A stretch of 64,000 bases of DNA, taken from an uncultured Myxococcales bacterium. Its GTDB lineage: Bacteria > Myxococcota_A > Bradymonadia > UBA7976 > UBA1532. A program made the translations under genes and the position numbers. The notes below the pieces were generated by a model, which searched no databases, had not been told where the DNA came from, and saw only the letters and a program-made list of their open reading frames with translations. The DNA lies in contig CAINDO010000561.1 of assembly GCA_903847385.1 (NCBI GenBank), positions 10,328 through 74,327 on the forward strand, in the 5' to 3' direction. The first letter of the stretch is position 1, and every line of letters begins with the position of its first letter. Shown piece after piece: positions 51,327-61,247 of the stretch.

Positions 51327-51757
51327 TCACCCGAGCAGGTACTCCGCGGCGGGCAAGAGCGCCGTGCGCGCCCAGTAGCGGGCGAACTGCTCGACGGCGG
51401 CGGGGGCCACGTCCGGCGGCAGCGCGACGACGTTGGCCACGCCGAGGCCATGGCAGATGGTGACGGCGTCCGGATCGTCCGGATGCCCGACCACCACCCG
51501 CGGCACGCAGCGCCACACCGGCGCCCGTTCGAGGAGACGGAGCAGCGCCCAGTCGTCGGCGCGCGCCGCCTCGACGGGCACCACCAGCAACTGCGGCAGG
51601 CCCCGAACCTCGGGCATCGCGCCCGTTCGGCGCCAGGTGTCCGCCTGCGCCTCGGCGACGAGCTCGACCGCCATGCCGTGCGAGGCGAGCTGGGCGGTCA
51701 GCGGGGCGCGCCAGGGCGCGGCCTCGGCCGCGATCAACCAGGTCGTTCGACCCGCGC

Positions 51758-51761
<4 letters not shown>
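51327..51761 (-). CDS. hypothetical protein, possible degenerate receiver-like (pseudo-REC) domain
   Basis: 144 aa. ATGA overlap with the pilin gene stop. Alternating beta/alpha hydrophobic pattern ('TWLIAAEAA', '[19 protein letters not shown]', '[10 protein letters not shown]') reminiscent of the CheY fold, without the canonical DD...D...T...K residues. Confidence 0.4.
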
Positions 51762-52342
<581 letters not shown>

Positions 52343-52400
52343 TGCGTCACTCCTTGCCGCCCCCGTTCAGCGGCACCGATTTCATTGCACGACCGGAGAC

Positions 52401-52420
52401 TCAGCAAACCGCATGCCAAC
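52401..52420 (-). promoter_or_regulatory. sigma54 (-24/-12) promoter upstream of pilA
   Basis: Minus-strand 5'-TTGGCATGCGGTTTGCTG-3' = TGGCAtG-N4-TTGCt, with exact consensus spacing. ~60 nt upstream of the pilA ATG. A sigma54 enhancer-binding protein (pilR) is encoded in the window. Confidence 0.6.
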
Positions 52421-52543
52421 CGCAGCCTCCAGCGTCCTCCCCCTCGACTCGATTTCAAATGCGGGGAACGCTTGAGGTTTTTCCACAGTGGGCCGTTCGC
52501 GTCTCCCGTTTCTCACGTCGGAAAGTAACAAGTTTTGCGAGGG

Positions 52544-52560
52544 GTGACAATTCTTGTCAC
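52544..52560. promoter_or_regulatory. perfect 7-3-7 palindrome GTGACAA-ttc-TTGTCAC, ~140 bp upstream of the sigma54 -12 element (candidate enhancer/UAS)
   Basis: Exact inverted repeat. The distance is typical for bEBP upstream activator sites. Contains TGTC half-sites. Confidence 0.3.
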
Positions 52561-52591
52561 ATCAAAAAAAAACATCACCACTGCAACGGGC

Positions 52592-52619
52592 AAAAAAAAG
52601 GCCGACCCGAAGGCCGGCC
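52592..52619 (-). terminator. Rho-independent terminator downstream of the OM beta-barrel gene
   Basis: Minus-strand RNA GGCCGGCC-UUCG-GGUCGGCC (8-bp stem with one G-U, UUCG tetraloop) followed by U8. Lies 35 nt after the stop at 52655. Confidence 0.65.
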
Positions 52620-52654
52620 CCCTGCGCGCGCGCCCCGTCAGGGCGCGCCGTGGC

Positions 52655-53293
52655 TCACCACCAGAACGTCGCGCCGATCCCGGCAAACTGATCGAAGACG
52701 CCGAACTGCGAGGTCTTCTTCGGGAGGCCCCCGGCGACGGGCCCGCTGTCGGTGCCGGCGGCGGCGATGGCCTCGGCGCTGACCTCGGGCTGCGGGGTGG
52801 GCTGCTTGCCCGCAAAGACGTTGCCGTCGTCACTGGCGAGCGCGAAGCGGATGCCGGACTCGAAGTGGAAGGAGAAGTGCTCGTCGGCGAACCAGTAGAG
52901 GCGGATCGGCAGGTCGAACGCGATGGAGGTCGCGTTCTTGGTCTGCGGGTTGCCGCTGGAGTCCGGCTTGTCCTGGACCGTGGTCAGGCCGAAGTTGAAG
53001 CGACCGCCGGCCGACAGCGCGGCCTTCTCGGCCCGAAGCGCGAAGAAGTGCGCGCCGAGGCCGAGGTCGAAGTTCGTGAAGGCGTCGCCCTTGTCCGGGT
53101 TGGTCACGCTGAAGCCGAGACCGCCCTCGATGACCAGGTTGCCGACGCCGTAGCCGAAGGCCGCGTTGGCGTTGCCGCCCGCGATGGGCGCCGAGATGGA
53201 GATCCCCTTCTTGCCGTCCACCAGATCGCTGGCCTGGGCCGCGCCGGCCGCGAGCGCCGTGACCACGCCGGCCACCACACCGAGATGCTTCAT
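52655..53293 (-). CDS. small outer-membrane beta-barrel protein (OmpA-like TM / OMP_b-brl family)
   Basis: ATG 53293 with GAGGAG SD. Signal peptide 'MKHLGVVAGVVTALAAGAAQA'. Alternating aromatic/Gly beta-strands, C-terminal '...GIGATFWW'. Confidence 0.7.
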   Translation of the reverse strand: MKHLGVVAGVVTALAAGAAQASDLVDGKKGISISAPIAGGNANAAFGYGVGNLVIEGGLGFSVTNPDKGDAFTNFDLGLGAHFFALRAEKAALSAGGRFNFGLTTVQDKPDSSGNPQTKNATSIAFDLPIRLYWFADEHFSFHFESGIRFALASDDGNVFAGKQPTPQPEVSAEAIAAAGTDSGPVAGGLPKKTSQFGVFDQFAGIGATFWW

Positions 53294-53553
53294 CGTCCTG
53301 TTCTCCTCTTCGAGGGGCACACCCGTCGGGCGGGCGCCGCCGGTTCAGGGCAAAGGCCCGAAACATGACGCACAGCAGCCGACATCGACTGCAATGCACT
53401 ACATACCACCACAATGTAAGCGCAGCGGACGGACCGCGCAAATCTCCGCCCTTCTTTTTTTTTCGAACCGGCCGCCCCATCGACGCGCATCCATGGGAAA
53501 ATCGCCGCGACGCTCCCTCCCCGCCCGCAGACAGAAGAACACGCCCCCCCGAG

Positions 53554-54531
53554 ATGGAGATCCTTCGACACTTTCGCGATCTCGCGCCCGCCCAGGCCGG
53601 CACGGCGCTCACGATCGGCAACTTCGACGGCGTCCACCGCGGCCATCGCGCCCTGGTCGCCCGCGTCAAGGCCGCCGCCGAGGCGCGCGGTCTCTCGGCC
53701 GGCGTGCTGACGTTCGAGCCGCACCCGGCCCGATTCCTGGGCGGCCGCGCGCCGCCGCCCCTGCTCTCGACGCGCGCGGACAAGCGGCGCCTCCTCGCCG
53801 GCCTCGGCGTCGACTTCCTGATCGAGCAACCGTTCGACGCCGACTGGGCGAGCCTGACCCCGGAGCGGTTCGTGTCCGAGGTCCTGCTCGAGGGCCTCCG
53901 CTGTCGTCACCTCGTGGTCGGCTACGACTTCGTATTCGGCGCGCGGCGTGCGGGCACCGTGGACACGCTGCGCATCGCCGCCGACGCCCACGGCTTCACC
54001 GTCGAGGTCGTCTCCGCGCTGGCGCCCGAGGGACAGGCCGTGGCCTCGAGTTCGCGCATTCGCGCCGCGGTGCAGGCGGGCGAGTTCCCCGTGGCGACGA
54101 CGCTGCTGGGGCGTCCGTATCATTTACATGGCCGCGTGGTCGCCGGAGCGCAACGCGGGCGCCAGATCGGGTTCCCCACCGCGAACCTGCAGGGTGACAA
54201 CGAGCTGCTGCCCCCGCCCGGGGTCTACGCGGGCTGGCTGGACTGGGGCGAGGGCCAGCGCGCCGCCGCGATCAGCGTGGGTGACAATCCCACCTTCGGC
54301 GACACCGGCTTCACCGTCGAGGCCCACGTGCTGGCCGAGGCCATCGCGCCCGGCGCGGACCTCTACGGCCGGGAGTGCCACCTCTCGTTCGCCGCGCGGC
54401 TGCGCGGAATGATCCGGTTCTCGGGCCCGAACGCCCTGGCGGACCTCATCGCGGCCATCGGCGCCGACGTGGAGGCCACTCGGGCCCTGCTCGCCACGCT
54501 CTCCCCACCCCCGTCGCTGCTCGGTCCGTGA
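53554..54531 (+). CDS. ribF: bifunctional riboflavin kinase / FAD synthetase
   Basis: 'GNFDGVHRGHRAL' (H/G-x-G-H), 'GRPY...G.V..G...GR..GFPTAN' riboflavin kinase motifs. ATG 53554 preferred over the track's upstream start. Confidence 0.9.
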   Translation: MEILRHFRDLAPAQAGTALTIGNFDGVHRGHRALVARVKAAAEARGLSAGVLTFEPHPARFLGGRAPPPLLSTRADKRRLLAGLGVDFLIEQPFDADWASLTPERFVSEVLLEGLRCRHLVVGYDFVFGARRAGTVDTLRIAADAHGFTVEVVSALAPEGQAVASSSRIRAAVQAGEFPVATTLLGRPYHLHGRVVAGAQRGRQIGFPTANLQGDNELLPPPGVYAGWLDWGEGQRAAAISVGDNPTFGDTGFTVEAHVLAEAIAPGADLYGRECHLSFAARLRGMIRFSGPNALADLIAAIGADVEATRALLATLSPPPSLLGP

Positions 54532-55385
54532 CCCCCGGCCCGCCGCGCTGGCGCTTCGCGCTCGTGGGCTCCCCCGTGGCCCACAGCCGATCGCCGGACC
54601 TCTTCGCCGCGCTCGCGGCCGGCGCGGGGACGACCTGCGACTACACCCTCGCGGACATCTCCGGCCCGGCCCTCGACGCCTGGTGGTCCGGCCCGGCCCG
54701 GGAGCTGCACGGGTTCAATGTCACGGTTCCCCACAAGACGACGGCCGCGGCCCGCTGCACCGCGCTCAGCGGGCCGGCCGCGCGGATCGGCGCCGTCAAC
54801 GCCGTGCGCCTGGAGCCCGACCGGGGCACGACCGGCACGAACACGGACGCGGCCGGTTTCGATCTGACCCTCGGCGACGCCGCGTTCGAGCGCGCGGTCG
54901 TCCTCGGCGCGGGCGGCGCCGCGAGGGCCGTCGTGGACGTGCTGCTCGGCCGGGGTGTGGCTCGGGTCCGCCTGGTGAACCGGTCCCCCGCGCGCGCCGC
55001 CGAGCTCGTCGCGTCCCGGTCGGCTTCCGAGCGTGCGCGCGTCTCGACGACGCCCTGGTCACACCTCGCCGACGCGCTCGATGGTGCGGATCTCGTCGTC
55101 CAGACCACTTCGGCGGCGCTGTCGGCGCCCGAGGCCCTCGCCACGCTCCCCTGGGAAAGCACGACCGCCAGCGCCCTCGCCGTGGATCTCGTCTACCGCC
55201 CGCGGCGCACCGCCTTCCTGCTCGGCGCCGCGCGGGGCGGTCGCCGGACCGCGGACGGTCTGACCATGCTGGCCGGTCAGGCCGCCGCCGCGTTCGACTT
55301 CTTCCGGGGCGTCGAATCGGACCCGCAGGTGTTCTCCGGGGTCGCCCGCGGGCTGGCCGACAGTCTCCGCGCGGGCGTCGATTGA
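54528..55385 (+). CDS. aroE: shikimate dehydrogenase
   Basis: 'FALVGSPVAHSRSPDLF', 'GFNVTVPHK', 'GAGGAARAV'. GTG 54528 overlaps the ribF stop. Confidence 0.85.
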   Translation: MTPGPPRWRFALVGSPVAHSRSPDLFAALAAGAGTTCDYTLADISGPALDAWWSGPARELHGFNVTVPHKTTAAARCTALSGPAARIGAVNAVRLEPDRGTTGTNTDAAGFDLTLGDAAFERAVVLGAGGAARAVVDVLLGRGVARVRLVNRSPARAAELVASRSASERARVSTTPWSHLADALDGADLVVQTTSAALSAPEALATLPWESTTASALAVDLVYRPRRTAFLLGAARGGRRTADGLTMLAGQAAAAFDFFRGVESDPQVFSGVARGLADSLRAGVD

Positions 55386-55460
55386 CACCCGGCGCAGCGC
55401 CTCCTTATATAGCGGCTACGCCGCAAAGCGCTCCCCCGCTCCGTCAGCACAGAGAGGCCC

Positions 55461-57158
55461 ATGTCCGACCATCGTCTCGGCGAGCTCCTGATTCGAGAGA
55501 ACCTGATCACCCTCGTCCAGCTCAAGGACGCGGATGAGACGCGACGCAAGACGGGCGAGAAGCTCGGCTACACGCTGACCAAGCTGGGATTCATCGGCGA
55601 GCGCGAGCTCACGAGCTTCCTGAGCAAGCAGTACGGCGTCCCCTCGATCAACCTGAACGAGTTCGAGATCGACGCGGAGGTCATCAAGCTGATCCCGCGC
55701 GAGATGGCGCAGCAACATCAGGTCATCCCGGTGCAGCGCGCCGGCAACGCCCTGATCGTCGCCATGGCCGATCCGTCGAACCTCCACGCCATCGACGACG
55801 TGAAGTTCCTCACGGGCTACAACATCGAGCCCGTCGTCGCGAGCGAGGAGGCCATCCGCAACGCCATCGAGCGGTACTACTCGCAGAAGTCCAACATCGC
55901 CGCGTTGATGGAGGAGTTCAGCGAAGAGGACGTCGAGGTCGCCGAGCAGGAGCAGGACGAGGACGTCCTCGACCTCGAGCGCTCCAGCGAGGAGGCCCCC
56001 GTCGTCCGCCTCGTGAACATGGTCCTCGTCGAGGCCATCAAGCGCGGCGCCTCCGACATCCACATCGAGCCCTACGAGAAGTCGTTCCGCGTCCGCTACC
56101 GCATCGACGGCGTGCTCTACGAGATCCTCAACCCGCCGATGAAGCTGCGCAACGCGATCATCAGCCGCGTGAAGATCATGTCCAACATGGACATCGCCGA
56201 GCGCCGCCTCCCGCAGGACGGCCGCATCAAGATCAAGCTCGGCGGCGGCCGCGAGATGGACTTCCGCGTCAGCGTGATGCCCACGCTGTTCGGCGAGAAG
56301 ATCGTGTTGCGTCTGCTCGACAAGGGCAACCTGCAGCTCGACATGACGAAGCTCGGCTTCGAGGAGCACACCCTCAGCCGCTTCAAAGAGGCCATTCACA
56401 AGCCCTACGGCATGGTGCTCGTCACCGGCCCCACGGGCTCCGGCAAGACGACGACGCTGTACTCGGCCCTCTCCGAGCTCAACAAGACGAGCGAGAACAT
56501 CTCGACCGCCGAGGATCCCGTGGAGTTCAACCTCCCCGGCATCAACCAGTGTCAGATGAACGACTCGATCGGCCTGAACTTCGCCGCCGCGCTCCGCTGC
56601 TTCCTGCGGCAGGACCCCGACATCATCATGGTGGGCGAGATCCGCGACTTCGAGACGGCGGAAATCGGCGTCAAGGCCGCCTTGACGGGCCACTTGGTGC
56701 TCTCGACGCTCCACACGAACGACGCGCCGTCCACGGTGCATCGTCTCCTGAACATGGGCGTCGAGCCCTTTCTCGTCACGGCCTCGGTGAACGCCATCGT
56801 CGCCCAGCGTCTGGCCCGCAAGATCTGCAACGAGTGCAAAGAGGTCCTGAAGCTGCCCCCCCAGGCGCTCATCGATCTCGGGGTGCCGCCGGACCGGGCC
56901 GCCAAGGCCACCGTGTACAAGGGCAACGGCTGCCGCAACTGCAACGACACCGGCTACAAGGGCCGCGTGGCGCTTTACGAGGTCATGGTGCTCGACGACG
57001 AGCTCAAGGACTTCATCCTCCAGGGTGTCTCGAGCGTCGAGCTCAAGCGCGAGGCCGTGCGCCTCGGCATGAAGACGCTGCGTCAGGCCGCTTTGACCAA
57101 GCTGCTCGATGGCGTCACCACCACCGCCGAGGTCGTCCGAAACTCCGCCGCCGACTGA
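55461..57158 (+). CDS. pilB: type IV pilus assembly ATPase PilB (GspE family, N-terminal MshEN/T2SSE_N domain)
   Basis: Walker A 'GPTGSGKTTT', Asp box, His box. Tetracysteine 'CNECKE...CRNCNDTGYKGR'. Confidence 0.95.
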   Translation: MSDHRLGELLIRENLITLVQLKDADETRRKTGEKLGYTLTKLGFIGERELTSFLSKQYGVPSINLNEFEIDAEVIKLIPREMAQQHQVIPVQRAGNALIVAMADPSNLHAIDDVKFLTGYNIEPVVASEEAIRNAIERYYSQKSNIAALMEEFSEEDVEVAEQEQDEDVLDLERSSEEAPVVRLVNMVLVEAIKRGASDIHIEPYEKSFRVRYRIDGVLYEILNPPMKLRNAIISRVKIMSNMDIAERRLPQDGRIKIKLGGGREMDFRVSVMPTLFGEKIVLRLLDKGNLQLDMTKLGFEEHTLSRFKEAIHKPYGMVLVTGPTGSGKTTTLYSALSELNKTSENISTAEDPVEFNLPGINQCQMNDSIGLNFAAALRCFLRQDPDIIMVGEIRDFETAEIGVKAALTGHLVLSTLHTNDAPSTVHRLLNMGVEPFLVTASVNAIVAQRLARKICNECKEVLKLPPQALIDLGVPPDRAAKATVYKGNGCRNCNDTGYKGRVALYEVMVLDDELKDFILQGVSSVELKREAVRLGMKTLRQAALTKLLDGVTTTAEVVRNSAAD

Positions 57159-57165
57159 GTCCTCC

Positions 57166-58248
57166 ATGGCCAATCTGCACCAGCTCCTGAAGGTCATGGT
57201 CGAGAAGGGGGCGAGCGACCTGCACATCACGTGCGGCTCCCCGCCCCAGCTCCGGATCGATGGCCACCTCATCCCCCTCAAGACGCCGCCCCTGAGCCGC
57301 GAGGACACGCAGCAGCTCTGCTACTCGTTCCTCACGGAGTCGCAGAAGCACAAGTTCGAGGAGACCAACGAGCTCGACCTCAGCTTCGGCGTGAAGGGCA
57401 TGAGCCGATTCCGCGCGAACCTGTTCATGCAGCGCGGCGCCGTGTCGGCCACGTTCCGAGTCATCCCGATGAAGATCCACACGTTCGAGGAGCTCGGACT
57501 CCCGAACACCATCGGCGACATGACCAACAAGACCAAGGGTCTCATCCTGGTCACGGGCCCCACGGGCTCCGGCAAGTCCACCACGCTCGCCGCGATGGTG
57601 GACAAGATCAACGCCGAGAAGCACTACCACATCCTCACCATCGAGGACCCGATCGAGTACCTGCATCCCCACAAGAGCTCGATCGTGAACCAGCGCGAGA
57701 TCGGCAGCGACACGGTCGATTTCAAGACCGCGCTGAAGTACGTGCTACGCCAGGATCCGGACGTGGTGCTGGTGGGCGAGATGCGCGACCTCGAGACGGT
57801 CGAGGCCGCCCTGACCATCAGCGAGACGGGCCACTTGTGCATGGCCACGCTGCACACGAACGGCGCCGTGCAGGCGATCAACCGCATCATCGACCTCTTC
57901 CCGCCCCACCAGCAGGGACAGATCCGGTCGCAGTTGAGCTTCACGCTCGAGGCCGTCGTCGCGCAGCAGCTCATCATGCGCTCCTCCGGTGTGGGCCGGG
58001 TGCTGGCCTGCGAGGTCATGATCCCCACGCCGGCCATTCGCAATCTCATCCGCGAGGACAAGATCCACCAGATCTACAGCCAGATGCAGGTCGGCCAGAC
58101 CCGCTTCGGCATGCAGACCATGAATCAGTCCCTCCTGGGCCTGTACCAGCGGGGCGAGATCACGCTCGAGGACGCGCTGGCTCACTCCAACGACGTCGAC
58201 GAGATGCGCACCATGATCGCCGGCGGAAACACGGCCAGCGCGCGCTGA
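57166..58248 (+). CDS. pilT: type IV pilus retraction ATPase PilT
   Basis: 'MANLHQLLKVMVEKGASDLHI', Walker A 'GPTGSGKSTT', 'AIRNLIRE' PilT motif. 361 aa. Confidence 0.95.
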   Translation: MANLHQLLKVMVEKGASDLHITCGSPPQLRIDGHLIPLKTPPLSREDTQQLCYSFLTESQKHKFEETNELDLSFGVKGMSRFRANLFMQRGAVSATFRVIPMKIHTFEELGLPNTIGDMTNKTKGLILVTGPTGSGKSTTLAAMVDKINAEKHYHILTIEDPIEYLHPHKSSIVNQREIGSDTVDFKTALKYVLRQDPDVVLVGEMRDLETVEAALTISETGHLCMATLHTNGAVQAINRIIDLFPPHQQGQIRSQLSFTLEAVVAQQLIMRSSGVGRVLACEVMIPTPAIRNLIREDKIHQIYSQMQVGQTRFGMQTMNQSLLGLYQRGEITLEDALAHSNDVDEMRTMIAGGNTASAR

Positions 58249-58264
58249 GCGAGATCCCCGACCG

Positions 58265-59923
58265 ATGATCAAGGCATTCAACGCGTGGCCCGAGTGGGCC
58301 CGGTACGGGTTCGTCTTCGCTTTCGCGCTGCTGTTCTGGAGCCCCAGCCTCTTCAACGAGTTCGCCTGGGACGACACGAACAACCTCGTCGACTCGGACC
58401 GACTGCGCGGCTGGGCCGCGTTCGCCGAGTGTTTCCGGCACGACGCGATGTGGTCCGCCCGAATGAACGCCGCGGCCATCGGCACCTACCGGCCGATCTC
58501 CCTGGCGTCGTTCGTCGTGGACTACCAGCTCTTCGGCGGCTCGGCGATCTCGTACCACTTCACCAGCCTGTTCTGGCACGCCCTGGCCTGCGTGGTGGTC
58601 TTCGCCGTGCTACGCCGCTTCATGGGGCTCGTCGAGTCGCTCGTTGCGACGTGCCTCTTCTGCGTCGTCCCCGTGAACGCCGAGGCCGTGGCCTGGGTGA
58701 ACGGCCGCTCCGAGATCTTCGCCCTGCTCTTCGGAGGTCTGGGCGTCGTCGTCGCCACGAGCCCGCGGCTGCCCTGGTTCGTGCGCCTCGCCGGCACCGC
58801 GCCCCTGCTGCTTCTGGGCATGCTCGGCAAGGAGACCGGGGTGATCTTCTGTGCCGTCGCCGTGCTGCTCGGCACCGAGGCGCGCCATCGCCGCGTCGAG
58901 GCGCCCCGTCTGTGGTTGCGCAGCCTGGACCTGACGGCGCTGCTCTCCGGCGTGCTCGCGCTGGCCGGTTACCTGTGGATCCGCCACCTGGTCTTCGGCG
59001 GCAATCCCCTCCCCGGCGCCACGGAGAAGCTCTCCAGCAGCGCCGACCTGATGGGCATCCTGGCGCAGGCCGCCTCGATCGTGTGGAAGTGTTTCGCCAC
59101 GGTGGTCATCCCCGATCGCATCTCCGTCGGCTACTTGTACAACTGGGCCCAGGCCCTGACGCGAACGGATCTGATCGTCGCCTGGAGCGCCCTCGCCGTC
59201 GTGGCGGCGGGGCTCGTGTTCGCCTGGCTGCGCGGTCATCGCCTCGCGATCCTGATGCTGGCGTGGTGGGGCTTCTCCATCGCGCCGGTGCTCATCCTGG
59301 TCGGGCGCGACTGGCCGGGGCTCGCGCGCTGGCTCTACATGGGCGGCCCGGGGCTCGTCGCCGCCGGCGCGCTGCTGCTGCGCCTCGTCCCGTGGCGCAC
59401 GGTCACGACCTTCGTCGGCGCGGCCTACGGCCTCGTCTGGTCCGTGCAGGCGCAGCGCAGCATCGAGGTCTGGCACGACTCGGGGACACTCTTCGAGCGC
59501 ATGATCATCGAGGAGCCGGGCGAGCGGTTCGGGTACCTGAGCCTCTCCTGGTATTACCTGCGCATCGCCGACTACCCCAACTCCGAGAAGATGGCGCGCA
59601 AGGTGCTCGAGCTCGGCCCGCGGGGCCACGATCCGCTGCCCTTCCTGGCGGCGGCGTTGGCCGCCCAGGACAAGTGCGACGAGGCCCGCAAGACCGTCTA
59701 TGAGCCGACGCCGATGCCGACACGCGCCGCCTGGATGATGTTCTCGGTGGGCGCCTGTTACGAGCGCGCCGGCCGACCGGCGGACGCCCTGCCGCTCTAC
59801 AAGGACTGCGTCGCTGGCGACAAGGCCTGCGAGTCGAAGGCCGCGACGCTGAGCGCGAGCCTGGCCAGCGCTGCCCCCGAGAGCGCCGAGCCGAGCGCGC
59901 CGGCGACGGTCGCACCTCGCTGA
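58265..59923 (+). CDS. GT-C fold membrane glycosyltransferase, PMT/TMTC(DUF1736)-like, with C-terminal TPR domain
   Basis: ~11 TM helices. N-terminal loop 'FNEFAWDDTNNLVDSD' (DD/DE-type motif of PMT/ArnT-like GT-C enzymes). C-terminal soluble TPR-like repeats ('YLSLSWYYLRIADYPNSEKMARKVLELGP...'). Confidence 0.7.
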   Translation: MIKAFNAWPEWARYGFVFAFALLFWSPSLFNEFAWDDTNNLVDSDRLRGWAAFAECFRHDAMWSARMNAAAIGTYRPISLASFVVDYQLFGGSAISYHFTSLFWHALACVVVFAVLRRFMGLVESLVATCLFCVVPVNAEAVAWVNGRSEIFALLFGGLGVVVATSPRLPWFVRLAGTAPLLLLGMLGKETGVIFCAVAVLLGTEARHRRVEAPRLWLRSLDLTALLSGVLALAGYLWIRHLVFGGNPLPGATEKLSSSADLMGILAQAASIVWKCFATVVIPDRISVGYLYNWAQALTRTDLIVAWSALAVVAAGLVFAWLRGHRLAILMLAWWGFSIAPVLILVGRDWPGLARWLYMGGPGLVAAGALLLRLVPWRTVTTFVGAAYGLVWSVQAQRSIEVWHDSGTLFERMIIEEPGERFGYLSLSWYYLRIADYPNSEKMARKVLELGPRGHDPLPFLAAALAAQDKCDEARKTVYEPTPMPTRAAWMMFSVGACYERAGRPADALPLYKDCVAGDKACESKAATLSASLASAAPESAEPSAPATVAPR

Positions 59924-60026
59924 ACGGCCGAATTCCGTCCCCCCCCAGGCCGCAGGTTGCGGTCCCCGATGCATGGGCATAACATCCCACGGGTTCGGTC
60001 GGGATCGGTCGGTGGAGGAGGAGCGC

Positions 60027-61235
<1,209 letters not shown>

Positions 61236-61247
61236 CGGCCGCCCAGC

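Noticed and set aside
52541-52572. Hairpin GTGACAA-ttc-TTGTCAC as a transcription terminator
   Set aside because: On the plus strand it is followed by an A-run rather than U-run. On the minus strand the T-run precedes the stem. It is better explained as a protein-binding dyad (reported as a candidate UAS) than as a terminator.
53380-53553. FMN riboswitch upstream of ribF
   Set aside because: RFN elements normally precede ribD/ribB/transporter genes, not ribF. No conserved RFN helices or GGGG/CCCG core motifs are recognisable in the interval.
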